In this document: positions 17,589-28,392 of the stretch, piece after piece | How the letters are laid out: every line of letters starts with the position of its first letter | Numbering within the stretch: the stretch's first letter is position 1 | NCBI GenBank assembly: GCA_003524435.1 | Contig: DQHP01000176.1 | Coordinates: 1,448 to 65,447, forward strand | Direction: 5' to 3' | Length of the DNA: 64,000 nucleotides | Source of the DNA: Microbacterium sp. | Lineage (GTDB): Bacteria; Actinomycetota; Actinomycetes; Actinomycetales; Microbacteriaceae | The notes under the pieces: generated by a model | Told to the model about the DNA's origin: nothing | The model's database searches: none | The model's input: the letters and a program-made list of their open reading frames with translations, nothing else | Position numbers and translations under genes: made by a program

Positions 17589-18704
17589 GTGCCACACGAC
17601 TCCTCTCAGACGCCGCCGACTCCGACGACACGAGCCGAAGCATCCGCTGCCCGCAAGATGGCGGAGACGCCTAAAGCCGACGTGCGTGATGCTCTTGAGC
17701 GCCACAACCGCCGCATCACGTGGATGGATGTATTGCGGGGTCTATCGATTCTGCTGGTGATTTTGCACCACACGACGCAGATCGTGGCATACCGCATAGG
17801 CGATGTTCCTGAATTCTTCGATTTCGTGAGCGCCTTCTTTGCGCCGTATCGGATGCCGATGCTGATGTTCTTGTCCGGCCTGCTGGTTGCGGGGTCTCTG
17901 AAAGCTCCCACCGGCAACTACATCTGGGGCAAGGTCAGGCGCATCCTCTGGCCCATCGTCGTGTGGACACTCGTCTATGCAGCCGCAGAGGTGCTCGCAG
18001 ACCCGAGTCAAGCAAAGTACATGCCCTGGGAACTCGGTTTCTGGAACACCTACCTCTGGTTCATGCAGTTCATCTTCGCGTACTACATCATCGCGTTGCT
18101 GATCCGCTGGATTCCGATCTGGGTGATGATGGCGGCGCCGTTTGCGGCGGCGTTCCTGGTTCCCGGTGACCTTGAACTGTTGCAGCGCTTCTTCTATCTG
18201 ATGCCGTTCTTCTTCCTGGGCGCCTTTATCGAGAAGTACTGGAACACGTACGCCAAGCTACTCAGCGCGCGATGGGCGGCGATCCTGGTGATCGTTCCGA
18301 TCGCGGTGGCCGTGTATTCCGGGCTCGATGACATTTGGGTACGGGCTGCCGGCGACGAACGAGGCGGTGGGCTCTGGTACGAACCGTGGGCAGCGATTCC
18401 CGCGATGTTGGGCATTCTGATCCTGGTGCGCCTCTCGACATCGATCCCCGAGGTTCGTTGGCTTGCACCTGTGCGCTTTGTCGGGCGTTATTCGCTGATC
18501 TACTACGTGTCTCACTATCCGATCTTCGCCGCTCTCGGCTGGCTCGCGATGAAGGCGGGTCTTTCGAACCCGGGCCTCGGGCTCGTGGTGATCTTCGTCT
18601 TTACAGTGGCCATTTCTACGGTCTTTGCACTGCTCGGACGTCGCGTGCCGGTAAGCCTGCTGTTCGAACTGCCGCGCAGAATGTGGCCAGCACGCAAGGC
18701 GTAA
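17589..18704 (+). CDS. Acyltransferase-3 family membrane protein
   Basis: RITWMDVLRGLSILLVILHH, RMPMLMFLSG, YLWF, GRYSLIYYVSH; about 10 TM segments. Confidence 0.88.
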   Translation: MPHDSSQTPPTPTTRAEASAARKMAETPKADVRDALERHNRRITWMDVLRGLSILLVILHHTTQIVAYRIGDVPEFFDFVSAFFAPYRMPMLMFLSGLLVAGSLKAPTGNYIWGKVRRILWPIVVWTLVYAAAEVLADPSQAKYMPWELGFWNTYLWFMQFIFAYYIIALLIRWIPIWVMMAAPFAAAFLVPGDLELLQRFFYLMPFFFLGAFIEKYWNTYAKLLSARWAAILVIVPIAVAVYSGLDDIWVRAAGDERGGGLWYEPWAAIPAMLGILILVRLSTSIPEVRWLAPVRFVGRYSLIYYVSHYPIFAALGWLAMKAGLSNPGLGLVVIFVFTVAISTVFALLGRRVPVSLLFELPRRMWPARKA

Positions 18705-18743
18705 TCCGGGAATAGCGCTGGCTGAGTATGCCTTGCATCTCGA

Positions 18744-19772
18744 ATGAGAGCTGTGACATATACACGCAAGGGTGATTCTTCAACGCTGACACTGTCTACG
18801 CACGAGCCTGTGAACCCGGGCATGAACGAGGTGCGCGTTCGTATCGCGGTGTCTGGCGTCAATCCCACCGATTGGAAGGCGCGCGCCTCAACAGCCGCTC
18901 CCATGCCGTTCTCGAAGGTGGTTCCTAACCAGGATGGCGCGGGCATTGTGGATGCCGTCGGCGATGGCGTCGATGACCTGAACGTCGGCGACCATGTGTG
19001 GGTGTTTCTTGCTGCGCATGAACGTCCCACCGGGACTGCGCAGGAGTTCACAGTGCTCCCGCAAACGCGCGTCGTGCGGATGCCGGATGGGGTCGGCTTC
19101 GACATCGCCGCGAGCCTCGGAGTCCCGGCGATGACGGCACACCGCGCGTTGACCGTGCACGAGCATGGACCCTCGCGGCTGACTGCGGAGAGCCTCGCAG
19201 GACGAGTCGTTCTGGTGCAGGGTGGAGCCGGCGCTGTGGGCCACGCAGCCATTCAACTCGCTGTGTGGGCAGGGGCGACGGTCTTGACCACTGTCAGCAC
19301 CGACGAAAAAGAGGCCCTTGCACGTTCGACGGGCGCCCACCATGTCTTCCGTTATCCCGATGAGCGCCTTGCTGAGCGCATCCTTGAGGTTGCGCCGACC
19401 GGCGTAGATCACGTTGTTGAGGTTTCCCCAGCGATGAACGCTGAACTTGATGTCGCGGTGCTCGCAAACCACGGCTCCGTGGCGTTCTACGCCAACGACA
19501 AGGGGGAATTCTTCACGGCACCGATCGTGGCAAGTTTTGCGAAAAATGCACGCTGGCAGGGCCTTCTGCTGTACACGGTCGGCGAAGAAGCAATCGCTGC
19601 GGCCGCCGAAGACATCACCGCCGCTCTGAAAGACAACGCTCTTCCCGTCGGCGAAGCGGCGGGGCTCCCCCTCACATGGTTCACGCTAGAGGAAACCGCC
19701 GCGGCGCATGACGCGGTAGAAACAGGTACAACAGGGAAAGTTCTCATACGCGTGTCTGCGGATCAGGAGTGA
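18744..19772 (+). CDS. NADPH:quinone reductase (MDR family)
   Basis: GVNPTDWK, PNQDGAG, GGAGAVG, TGKVL. Confidence 0.92.
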   Translation: MRAVTYTRKGDSSTLTLSTHEPVNPGMNEVRVRIAVSGVNPTDWKARASTAAPMPFSKVVPNQDGAGIVDAVGDGVDDLNVGDHVWVFLAAHERPTGTAQEFTVLPQTRVVRMPDGVGFDIAASLGVPAMTAHRALTVHEHGPSRLTAESLAGRVVLVQGGAGAVGHAAIQLAVWAGATVLTTVSTDEKEALARSTGAHHVFRYPDERLAERILEVAPTGVDHVVEVSPAMNAELDVAVLANHGSVAFYANDKGEFFTAPIVASFAKNARWQGLLLYTVGEEAIAAAAEDITAALKDNALPVGEAAGLPLTWFTLEETAAAHDAVETGTTGKVLIRVSADQE

Positions 19773-19777
19773 TCTTG

Positions 19778-19853
19778 TGGTGGGCCCTACCGGGATCGAA
19801 CCGATGACATCCACGGTGTAAACGTGGCGCTCTACCAGCTGAGCTAAAGGCCC
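19778..19853 (-). tRNA. tRNA-Val(TAC)
   Basis: Cloverleaf GGGCCTTTAGCTCAGCTGGTAGAGCG-CCACG-TTTACAC-CGTGG...GTTCGATCCC...GGGCCCACCA. Confidence 0.96.
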
Positions 19854-20005
19854 TGGTGTTCTTATTCTATCCATGTCTGGATGCGACACGAAGCCACCTA
19901 TGGGGACTAGGCTAAATGCGGCGCGCGTTGTGCCGAGCCGACAAGGCTCCCCGCGTCGCTTCCCGTTTCCTTGGCAAGACCTGCCAGCTTGACGAAAGGC
20001 TCCAC

Positions 20006-22732
20006 GTGACCGTTCACGACCAGGATCCATACTCCCAGGGCCCGCTTGATAGCGACCCGGAAGAGACCAGCGAATGGCAGGAGTCGCTTGACGGACTTGT
20101 AGATTCCAAGGGCCCCGGCCGCGGCCGCGAGATCATGCTCAGCATGCTCAAGCGGTCAAAGGAACTGCATCTCAATGTTCCGATGGTCCCGACCACGGAT
20201 TACATCAACACGATTGCCTCTGAGAACGAGCCCTCGTTCCCAGGCGACGAAGGACTTGAACGTCGCTACCGCCATTGGCTCCGCTGGAACGCTGCCGTCA
20301 CCGTGCACCGCGCTCAGCGTCCTGGCATCGGCGTCGGCGGCCACATCTCAACCTACGCATCCGCTGCCTCGCTGTATGAAGTGGGCCACAATCACTTCTT
20401 CCGCGGTCAGGATGACGCATCCGGTGGAGATCAGATCTTCTATCAGGGCCACGCCTCCCCCGGCATGTACGCCCGAGCCTTCCTCGAGGGTCGCCTCACC
20501 GAAGCCCAGCTCGACGCGTTCCGCCAGGAGAAATCCGGTGCTCCCAACGGCATCCCCTCCTACCCGCATCCCCGCATGATGCGTGAGTTCTGGCAGTTCC
20601 CGACTGTGTCGATGGGGCTGGGCCCGATCAACGCGGTCTACCAGGCGATGACGAACAAGTATCTCCAGAACCGCGGAATCAAGGACGTCGCCGACTCGCA
20701 CGTCTGGGCATTCCTCGGCGACGGCGAAATGGACGAGGTCGAGTCCCGTGGTCAGCTGCAGGTCGCAGCGAATGAAGGCCTCGACAACCTGACCTTCGTG
20801 ATCAACTGCAACCTGCAACGCCTTGACGGGCCTGTTCGCGGTAACGGCAAGATCATTCAGGAGTTGGAGTCGTACTTCCGCGGCGCCGGCTGGAACGTCA
20901 TCAAGGTTGTCTGGGGACGCGAGTGGGATGACCTGCTCGCCCGCGACACCGACGGTGCCCTGCTTAACCTCATGAACGTCACCCCTGACGGTGACTACCA
21001 GACCTACAAGGCTGAGAACGGCGCTTTCGTGCGCGAGAACTTCTTCGGTCGTGACGAGCGCGCCGCCGCTCTGGTCAAGGACTACACGGACGATCAGATT
21101 TGGAAGCTGCGCCGCGGTGGTCACGACTACCGCAAGGTCTACGCCGCCTACAAAGCAGCCATGGAGCACAAGGGCCAGCCGACCGTTATTCTCGCGAAGA
21201 CGGTTAAGGGCTACGGCTTGGGCCCGCACTTCGAGGGGCGTAACGCGACGCACCAGATGAAGAAGATGACGCTGGAGGATCTGAAACTCTTCCGCGACAC
21301 CATGCAGATTCCGATCACGGATGCTCAGCTCGAAGCTGACCCGTATCGCCCTCCGTACTACCACCCGGGTGCGCAGGACGAAACGATCAAGTACATGCTG
21401 GATCGTCGCCACGATCTCGGCGGTTTCCTGCCAGAGCGCCGCACCACGCACGTGGGACTCACACTTCCAGACGAGAAGTCCTACGCTTTCCCGAAGAAGG
21501 GCTCTGGCAACCAGGAAGTCGCCACGACGATGGCCTTCGTCCGCATGCTCAAGGACCTTATGCGCGTCAAGGGCTTCGGCGAGCGGATCGTGCCGATCAT
21601 CCCCGACGAAGCACGCACCTTCGGCATGGACGCGTACTTCCCGTCCGCGAAGATCTACAACCCGAACGGGCAGAACTACACCGCTGTCGACCGCGAGCTT
21701 CTTCTGGCGTACAAGGAGAGCCCGCAGGGTCAGATCATGCACGTCGGCATCAATGAGGCCGGCGCTGCAGCAGCGTTCACAGCCACCGGAACGTCGTATT
21801 CGACGCACGGTGAACCGCTGATTCCGATCTACATCTTCTACTCGATGTTCGGCTACCAGCGCACGGGCGATGCCTTCTGGGCTGCCGCAGACCAGATGGC
21901 CCGTGGATTCATCATCGGCGCTACGGCTGGCCGCACCACGCTTACAGGTGAGGGCACGCAGCACGCCGATGGCCACTCGCCGCTGCTCGCATCGACCAAC
22001 CCGTCGACAATCATCTACGACCCCGCATACGGGTACGAGGTTGCGCACATCGTCGAGGACGGCATCCAGCGCATGTACGGCGGGGAGCACCCCGACCCGG
22101 ATGTCACGTACTACCTGACGGTCTACAACGAGCCGTTCAAGCAGCCCGCTGAGCCCGAGAACGTCGATGTCGAAGGTATCCGCAAGGGCCTTCACCGCGT
22201 CGCTGAGGGCGAGGGCGAAGGCCCCCGCGTGCAGCTGCTCGCTTCGGGTGTCGGTGTGCCGTGGGCGCTCGAGGCACAGTCACTTCTGAAGCAGGACTGG
22301 GGCGTGGTGGCAGATGTGTGGTCTGTGACCAGCTGGACAGAGCTTCGCCGGGACGGCCTCGCCGCCGACGAGCACAACTTCCTGTACCCCGAAGAAGAGC
22401 CGCAGGTTGCGTACCTCACGCAGAAGCTGCAGCACGCTGACGGCCCGTTCATCGCGACCAGCGATTTCATGCACGCTGTGCAGGATCAGATCCGCCAGTG
22501 GGTCCCCGGCGCGTTCTACACGCTCGGTGCCGACGGTTTCGGTTTCGCCGACACACGCGCGGCCGCTCGTCGATTCTTCAAAATCGATGGCCCCTCGATG
22601 GTCGTTCGTGCATTGCAGGGTCTTGCAGACAAGGGGCAGGTTGAGCGCTCTGTGATCGCCCAGGCGATTGCGAAGTACGACCTGCACAACGTCAACGCCG
22701 GAACGAGCGGAAACGCTGGCGGCGAGAGCTGA
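20006..22732 (+). CDS. aceE: Pyruvate dehydrogenase E1, homodimeric type
   Basis: [47 protein letters not shown]; start GTG 20006 with GAAAGG RBS. Confidence 0.97.
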   Translation: MTVHDQDPYSQGPLDSDPEETSEWQESLDGLVDSKGPGRGREIMLSMLKRSKELHLNVPMVPTTDYINTIASENEPSFPGDEGLERRYRHWLRWNAAVTVHRAQRPGIGVGGHISTYASAASLYEVGHNHFFRGQDDASGGDQIFYQGHASPGMYARAFLEGRLTEAQLDAFRQEKSGAPNGIPSYPHPRMMREFWQFPTVSMGLGPINAVYQAMTNKYLQNRGIKDVADSHVWAFLGDGEMDEVESRGQLQVAANEGLDNLTFVINCNLQRLDGPVRGNGKIIQELESYFRGAGWNVIKVVWGREWDDLLARDTDGALLNLMNVTPDGDYQTYKAENGAFVRENFFGRDERAAALVKDYTDDQIWKLRRGGHDYRKVYAAYKAAMEHKGQPTVILAKTVKGYGLGPHFEGRNATHQMKKMTLEDLKLFRDTMQIPITDAQLEADPYRPPYYHPGAQDETIKYMLDRRHDLGGFLPERRTTHVGLTLPDEKSYAFPKKGSGNQEVATTMAFVRMLKDLMRVKGFGERIVPIIPDEARTFGMDAYFPSAKIYNPNGQNYTAVDRELLLAYKESPQGQIMHVGINEAGAAAAFTATGTSYSTHGEPLIPIYIFYSMFGYQRTGDAFWAAADQMARGFIIGATAGRTTLTGEGTQHADGHSPLLASTNPSTIIYDPAYGYEVAHIVEDGIQRMYGGEHPDPDVTYYLTVYNEPFKQPAEPENVDVEGIRKGLHRVAEGEGEGPRVQLLASGVGVPWALEAQSLLKQDWGVVADVWSVTSWTELRRDGLAADEHNFLYPEEEPQVAYLTQKLQHADGPFIATSDFMHAVQDQIRQWVPGAFYTLGADGFGFADTRAAARRFFKIDGPSMVVRALQGLADKGQVERSVIAQAIAKYDLHNVNAGTSGNAGGES

Positions 22733-22760
22733 GTCTGTGACCACATCGTCTCCTGCCTCG

Positions 22761-23954
22761 ATGGACAAGCCAGCGACACTCGCCTGGCTGCGCCGGATCT
22801 CTGGCGACCTCGCCACGGCCACCATTCAGCGTCTCGATGACACGCTTCCCTGGTATGCCGACATGCCACCAGCTCGCCGCTCTGCGGTCGGGCTGGTGGC
22901 ACAGGCGGGAATTACGTCGTTCATCCAGTGGTTTGACGATCCCACCTCCACCCCCTGGATTGCCGCAGATATCTTCGCTGCAGCACCACGGGAACTGTTG
23001 CGAAGCATCAGCCTGACGCAGACGTTGCAGCTTATTCGGGTGACTGTAGAGATCACGGAAGAACGCATCGCTGGCAAAGGCGAGATGCTGCGAGAGGCGA
23101 TTCTTCTTTACTCGCGCGACGTCGCATTTGCCGCGGCCGATGTGTATGCCCGTGCCGCCGAGGCCCGAGGCCTCTGGGATGCACGTTTGGAAGCACTTGT
23201 CGTCGACTCAATCCTCACGGGCGAGGCTGACGAAGAACTCCCCAGCCGCATCGCTGCACTCGGTTGGCATGGTCATGGCGAGGTATGTGTTCTCGTCGGC
23301 ACAACACCTCCGCAGTTCGATGTCGACCATGTTCGCCGAACGGCACGAAAGCTCTCCGTCGACGTCCTGATCGGGGTCCAGGGCTCGCGACTCGTGCTTG
23401 TCCTTGGCCGGGCCCACGTAGACGGCCGTGAAGAAGAAGGCGATGATCTTTCTTTCGAAGAGATCGCCACACGACTCGAGCCGTCATTTGGTGTCGGTTA
23501 CGTTGTGCTGGGGCCCCCCGTCGCAGCGCTCGTGGATGCCGGCCAAAGCGCTCGTGCTGCCCTTGCAGGTTTCGCTGTCGCCCGCGCCTGGCGCACCGCT
23601 CCTCGCCCTGTCGCGGCTGATGATCTCTTGCCAGAGCGCGCTCTGGCTGGCGATCCACTCGCGAAGCAGACTCTTATCGAACGTATCTACCTTCCCCTGC
23701 AGGCGCACTCGACTGACCTTGTAACAACGCTGTGGAGCTACCTCGACAACGGCCGCTCACTGGAGGCGACAGCACGTGAGCTGTTTGTACACCCCAACAC
23801 GGTCCGCTACCGTCTCAAGCGCGTGAGCGAAGTTATCGGATGGGACGCCACCGGGCCCCGCGAGGCGCTGATTCTTCAGACCTCGTTGATCCTCGGTTCT
23901 ATCGGAGCAACGGAGTCGGTCAGGCGTCGCCCTGCAAATCGCCGCGCACGCTAA
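22761..23954 (+). CDS. fasR: PucR/CdaR-family regulator, FasR-like activator of the fab operon
   Basis: LPWY..MPP.RRS.VGLVAQAGI, RGLWDARLE, HTH LFVHPNTVRYRL; lies between aceE and fabD. GTG 22737 is an alternative start. Confidence 0.85.
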   Translation: MDKPATLAWLRRISGDLATATIQRLDDTLPWYADMPPARRSAVGLVAQAGITSFIQWFDDPTSTPWIAADIFAAAPRELLRSISLTQTLQLIRVTVEITEERIAGKGEMLREAILLYSRDVAFAAADVYARAAEARGLWDARLEALVVDSILTGEADEELPSRIAALGWHGHGEVCVLVGTTPPQFDVDHVRRTARKLSVDVLIGVQGSRLVLVLGRAHVDGREEEGDDLSFEEIATRLEPSFGVGYVVLGPPVAALVDAGQSARAALAGFAVARAWRTAPRPVAADDLLPERALAGDPLAKQTLIERIYLPLQAHSTDLVTTLWSYLDNGRSLEATARELFVHPNTVRYRLKRVSEVIGWDATGPREALILQTSLILGSIGATESVRRRPANRRAR

Positions 23955-23968
23955 CGCGCCGATGAATG

Positions 23969-24017
23969 CTGTACGCCACACACAAGGGATTCTCGAAATC
24001 TTGTGAGAGTTCATCCA
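23969..24017. promoter_or_regulatory. Putative FasR-type operator upstream of fabD
   Basis: CTGT-N9-ACAA and TTGT-N9-TCCA, 32 bp apart. Inferred from PucR-family site architecture. Confidence 0.35.
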
Positions 24018-24050
24018 CCGTTTCGCCGTGATCGTTGGCAGACTAGGGAG

Positions 24051-24971
24051 GTGATTGTCGTCGCTTGCCCTGGACAGGGCTCCCAGACCCCCGGCTTCCT
24101 CTCTCCATGGCTTGAGTTGGACGGTGTGGCGGACGCGCTCGCCGCGTACTCCGAGGCCGCGGAAATTGATCTCGTTCTCCACGGCACCGAATCTGACGCC
24201 GATACCATCCGCGATACACGTATCGCACAACCGCTCATTGTCGCGGCGTCACTGATCGCTGCTGATGCTCTTCGCGCGAAGGCCGGAAAAGAGCCCGGTG
24301 GCGTTGCTGGACACTCCGTCGGTGAGTTCGCCGCTCTGGTCGGTGCCGGTGTGGTCTCCGCAGAAGAAACGATGCGCCTCGTCGGAATTCGCGGACGTGC
24401 AATGGCGGATGCTGCGGCGCAGACTCCGACCGGCATGAGCGCGGTCATCGGCGGCGAAGAATCTGCCGTCTTAGAGCGTCTGAATGAGCTCGGGCTGTCC
24501 CCCGCGAATTACAACGGCGGAGGTCAGATCGTCGTTGCCGGCGCTCTTCCGGCACTCGCCGCTCTCGCTGAGGCACCGCTCAAGGGCACACGGGTTATCC
24601 CGCTCGCCGTCGCTGGCGCTTTCCACACGTCATATATGGCTTCCGCCGTCGAAGCACTGCGTGCAGCGGTAGCCGAGGTCACGCCAAAGGATCCGCAGCT
24701 GACTCTGTGGACAAACAAGGACGGTTCGACTGTCGCCTCTGGCACACAGGCACTAGAGCTCATCGTCAACCAGGTCTCCTCCCCCGTGCGTTGGGATCTC
24801 TGCATGAACTCGTTTGCGGACAATGGCGTCACCGGGCTCATTGAGCTTGCCCCCGCCGGCGCCTTGACTGGCCTTGCTAAACGCGGCCTGCGTGGAACGC
24901 CGACGGTAGCAGTGAAAACCCCTGAAGACCTCGACGCAGCGGCTGAGCTGCTGAATGGAGCAGCCGCATGA
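24051..24971 (+). CDS. fabD: Malonyl-CoA:ACP transacylase
   Basis: PGQGSQ, AQP, GHSVGE, AGAFHT, SPVRW. Confidence 0.96.
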   Translation: MIVVACPGQGSQTPGFLSPWLELDGVADALAAYSEAAEIDLVLHGTESDADTIRDTRIAQPLIVAASLIAADALRAKAGKEPGGVAGHSVGEFAALVGAGVVSAEETMRLVGIRGRAMADAAAQTPTGMSAVIGGEESAVLERLNELGLSPANYNGGGQIVVAGALPALAALAEAPLKGTRVIPLAVAGAFHTSYMASAVEALRAAVAEVTPKDPQLTLWTNKDGSTVASGTQALELIVNQVSSPVRWDLCMNSFADNGVTGLIELAPAGALTGLAKRGLRGTPTVAVKTPEDLDAAAELLNGAAA

Positions 24972-25969
24972 CTCTCACGCTGAAGCAGGCCACCGGCCCC
25001 GCTTACACTCGCATCCTGTCTTATGGCGCGGCGCGCGGTGAGAACGCGGTGCCCAACGACGATTTGATCGGACCGATCGATTCGAGTGATGAGTGGATCC
25101 AGCAGCGCACGGGTATCGTCACCCGTGCGCGAGCAGTGCACGACACTGATGCGATCGATCTCGCGACCGCCGCTGCGGCGGAAGCGGTCGAGAAGTCAGG
25201 CGTGGCAGCATCCGATATTGACCTGGTCATCGTCGCAACCATCAGCAATCCCAAGCAAAGCCCCTCGGTATCGGCGATCGTCGCCGACCGCGTCGGCGCC
25301 AACCCAGCCGCGGCATATGACGTCAACGCGGCATGCGCGGGGTATGCGTATGCCATCACTCAGGCTGATGCGCTGATCAAGGCCGGTGCGGCACACTACG
25401 CGCTCGTCATCGGTACGGAGAAGCTCTCTGACGTGGTGGATCCTGCTGATCGCAGCATCTCGTTCCTCCTCGGCGACGGCGCTGGTGCCGCTCTTATCGG
25501 CCCCAGTGATACCCCTGGCATCGCTCCGGCGGTCTGGGGATCAGACGGTTCAAAGGCCGATGCCGTCGGAATGAACGGAACTCTCACTCAGTTCCGCGAC
25601 GGCGAAGTTCCCTGGCCCACACTTCGCCAGGAGGGCCCAACTGTCTTCCGATGGGCCGTCTGGGAGATGGCCAAGGTCGCCCGTGAAGCGATTGAGGCGG
25701 CAGGCATCACCGCATCCGACCTGGCGGCGTTCATTCCCCACCAGGCAAACATGCGCATCATCGACGAGTTCGCGAAGCAACTGAAGCTGCCCGAGACGAC
25801 CGTGATCGCACGCGACATCGAGACCACAGGCAACACGTCCGCGGCGTCGATCCCCCTGGCAAGTCACCGTTTGATGGCTGAGCACCCGGAGCTATCCGGC
25901 GGCTTGGCGCTGCAGATCGGCTTCGGCGCAGGACTCGTTTTTGCGGCTCAGGTCGTTGTCCTCCCCTGA
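24968..25969 (+). CDS. fabH: Beta-ketoacyl-ACP synthase III
   Basis: DSSDEWIQQRTGI, AACAG, PHQAN, GNTSAASIP. Confidence 0.97.
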   Translation: MTLTLKQATGPAYTRILSYGAARGENAVPNDDLIGPIDSSDEWIQQRTGIVTRARAVHDTDAIDLATAAAAEAVEKSGVAASDIDLVIVATISNPKQSPSVSAIVADRVGANPAAAYDVNAACAGYAYAITQADALIKAGAAHYALVIGTEKLSDVVDPADRSISFLLGDGAGAALIGPSDTPGIAPAVWGSDGSKADAVGMNGTLTQFRDGEVPWPTLRQEGPTVFRWAVWEMAKVAREAIEAAGITASDLAAFIPHQANMRIIDEFAKQLKLPETTVIARDIETTGNTSAASIPLASHRLMAEHPELSGGLALQIGFGAGLVFAAQVVVLP

Positions 25970-26037
25970 GAATGCGCTGACTTTCCCTAGACTGTTCCAC
26001 GGTTCCGATTACAACCCGCAAGAAAGAGGAAAACCAG

Positions 26038-26286
26038 ATGGCTTTCACCAATGACGAGGTCCTCGCAGGCCTCACTGAACTCGTCACCGACGAGACTGGC
26101 ATTGACGGCTCTGAGGTCGCGCTGGAGAAGTCGTTCACCGACGACCTCGACATCGACTCGATCTCGATGATGACGATCGTCGTCAACGCTGAAGAAAAGT
26201 TCGGCGTCACCATCCCCGACGACGAGGTCAAGAACCTCAAGACCGTCGCGGATGCCGTCAACTTCATCGTTGCTGGCCAGGAGTAG
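26038..26286 (+). CDS. acpP: Acyl carrier protein
   Basis: DLDIDSISM phosphopantetheine motif; acidic, 82 aa. Confidence 0.97.
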   Translation: MAFTNDEVLAGLTELVTDETGIDGSEVALEKSFTDDLDIDSISMMTIVVNAEEKFGVTIPDDEVKNLKTVADAVNFIVAGQE

Positions 26287-26294
26287 TTCCTGAC

Positions 26295-26330
26295 GGATGC
26301 CACCCCCGCGTCCTGCGGGGCGTGGCATCC
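26295..26330 (+). terminator. Intra-operon stem-loop after acpP
   Basis: GGATGCCACCCCCGC-gtcct-GCGGGGCGTGGCATCC. Confidence 0.6.
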
Positions 26331-26389
26331 TCCACCTTTACACCCGTACGATTCCCCGCTCGCCTTCGCTGAACAAGGAACCACATTCA

Positions 26390-27625
26390 ATGACCAAGCG
26401 CATCGTCGTCACCGGCATCGGCGCCACTTCCGCAATTGGCGGAACGGCTCCCGAGAACTGGACCAACTTGCTGGCCGGAATGTCTGGCGGACGTTCTCTC
26501 GAACATGAGTGGGTAGAAGAGCTCGCTCTCCCCGTAACCTTTGCCGCAGAGGCGATTGTGCGGCCCGAGGAAGTCCTCGCACGGCCAGTGGCGAAACGCC
26601 TTGACCCGTCGTCGCAGTTCGCTCTGATCGCGGCGATGGAAGCCTGGGCGGATGCCGGCTCGCCCGACGTTGACCCCGAGCGGCTCGGCGTCGACTTCGC
26701 CACCGGCATCGGCGGCGTCTGGACACTGTTGGATGCATGGGACACCCTGCGTGAGAAGGGCCCGCGCCGCGTCATGCCGATGACGGTTCCGATGCTCATG
26801 CCGAACTCGGCTGCCGGAAACCTCTCTCTTCACTTCACCGCTCGCGCGTTCGCTCGCACTGTCGCATCTGCCTGCGCTTCAAGCACTGAATCTCTGGTCA
26901 ACGCCTACGAGCACCTGCAGTCAGGACTCGCAGACGTTGTCATCGCTGGCGGCACGGAATCCGCGATCCACCCGATCACCATCGCGTCTTTCGCTTCGAT
27001 GCAGGCACTCTCACGCCGCAACGACGACCCCGCCAGCGCGTCACGCCCCTATTCAGCAGACCGCGACGGTTTCGTTATGGGTGAGGGCGCTGCGGTGTTG
27101 ATTCTCGAAACCGAAGAGCACGCTAAGGCTCGTGGTGCCAAGATTTATGCAGAAATCGTTGGCGGCGGCGTTACCGCTGACGCCTTCCACATCACCGCCA
27201 ACGCGCCAGAGGGTGCAGCGCGCGCCGTCACCCTCGCCCTGGAGTCAGCGGCACGCACGGCTGACGAAATCACACACATCAACGCCCATGCAACGTCGAC
27301 GCCCGTAGGCGACCCGAACGAATATGCAGCGCTCAAGAGTGTGATCGGCGATCGCGTGCACGATATTCCCGTGTCTGCAACGAAAGCATCCACCGGTCAC
27401 TTGCTCGGAGGCACGGGCGCGCTCGAGGCCATCTTCACGGTGCTCGCGATCCGAAACCGCACTGCACCCCCGACGATCAACATAACCACGCAGGATCCCG
27501 AGATCCCGTTGCTCGTTTCCGGTGATGCTCAGTCGCTCGGCGACGGTCCACAGTTGGCCATCAGCAACTCGTTCGGCTTTGGCGGGCATAACGCCGTGGC
27601 TGCCTTCGCAAGCTACGACGACTGA
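26390..27625 (+). CDS. fabF: Beta-ketoacyl-ACP synthase II
   Basis: RIVVTGIG, SACAS, HINAHATST, GHLLGG, SNSFGFGGHNA. Confidence 0.96.
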   Translation: MTKRIVVTGIGATSAIGGTAPENWTNLLAGMSGGRSLEHEWVEELALPVTFAAEAIVRPEEVLARPVAKRLDPSSQFALIAAMEAWADAGSPDVDPERLGVDFATGIGGVWTLLDAWDTLREKGPRRVMPMTVPMLMPNSAAGNLSLHFTARAFARTVASACASSTESLVNAYEHLQSGLADVVIAGGTESAIHPITIASFASMQALSRRNDDPASASRPYSADRDGFVMGEGAAVLILETEEHAKARGAKIYAEIVGGGVTADAFHITANAPEGAARAVTLALESAARTADEITHINAHATSTPVGDPNEYAALKSVIGDRVHDIPVSATKASTGHLLGGTGALEAIFTVLAIRNRTAPPTINITTQDPEIPLLVSGDAQSLGDGPQLAISNSFGFGGHNAVAAFASYDD

Positions 27626-27639
27626 TTTTTCGGCCTCAG

Positions 27640-27695
27640 CCGAAGGATGATGGCCCCGTCCCCGATCAACTCGGGGCGGGGCCATCATCCTTCGG
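27640..27695. terminator. Long hairpin between convergent fabF and DUF3145
   Basis: CCGAAGGATGATGGCCCCG..CCCCGA / TCGGGGCGGGGCCATCATCCTTCGG. Confidence 0.8.
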
Positions 27696-27765
27696 GGCGG
27701 ATTCGCGTTCTCAGCATCCGGGACGATTCACCGGTGTCCGATACCGACGCCTCCGCAGCCCGGGT

Positions 27766-28269
27766 CTAGCCGACCTTGTGAAGCCATACGACGCTCGCAT
27801 CATCGCTGGCGTGCCGGAAAGGTTCAAGTTCCTCGTCCCATGCAGACCCCAGGGCCACATCGAGCTCTCTCTGCAATTCGATCGCGCTGCCGGCTGCGAT
27901 CTCCATGGCATAGCGAATACGATCTTCGCCAATGACCGTGTTTCCGGCAGCATCAGTCTGGGCATAGTGGATGCCGAGGTCAGGGGTGTGCATCCATCGG
28001 CCACCGTCGCTACGGGGCGTGGGATCTTCACTTACTTCGAATCGCAGATGCTCCCAGCCACGGATCGCCGTGGCAAGAGCAGCACCGGTTCCGATCGGGC
28101 CATCCCAAAAGAACTCGGCCCGTCGTGATCCTTCGAGAACGGGCTGATTGACCCAATCGAAGTTCACGGCGCGCCCGATAGCGCGTCCCACTGCCCACTC
28201 GAGGTGCGGGCAGAGCGCGCGAGGTGCAGAGTGGATGTACACCACTCCGCGTGCGTAAGCCGTCGCCAT
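27766..28269 (-). CDS. DUF3145 family protein
   Basis: RGVVYIHSAPRALCPHLEWA, LRFEVSED, LGSAWDEELEPFR; usual position downstream of the fab cluster. Confidence 0.92.
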   Translation of the reverse strand: MATAYARGVVYIHSAPRALCPHLEWAVGRAIGRAVNFDWVNQPVLEGSRRAEFFWDGPIGTGAALATAIRGWEHLRFEVSEDPTPRSDGGRWMHTPDLGIHYAQTDAAGNTVIGEDRIRYAMEIAAGSAIELQRELDVALGSAWDEELEPFRHASDDASVVWLHKVG

Positions 28270-28392
28270 GATCTCTCCGTTTCATCAGGTGCGTCTTCCC
28301 CAACGACCTAAACCAACGAAGTGTGGCGGGATATGCAGTTATACGGCGATTATCGCCCACTCTGAGCGAAATAACAAGTGTGTAGTTCACAT

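Noticed and set aside
20348..22195. 615-aa antisense ORF inside aceE, and similar ones opposite glnE, pepN, mscS, ettA and gatA
   Set aside because: Shadow frames expected from GC-biased codon usage on the coding strand; no recognisable motifs or RBS.
27180..27230. FabF loop HITANAPEGAARA looks about 2 residues shorter than typical
   Set aside because: In frame, catalytic Cys/His/His intact; cannot be separated from normal variation without an alignment.
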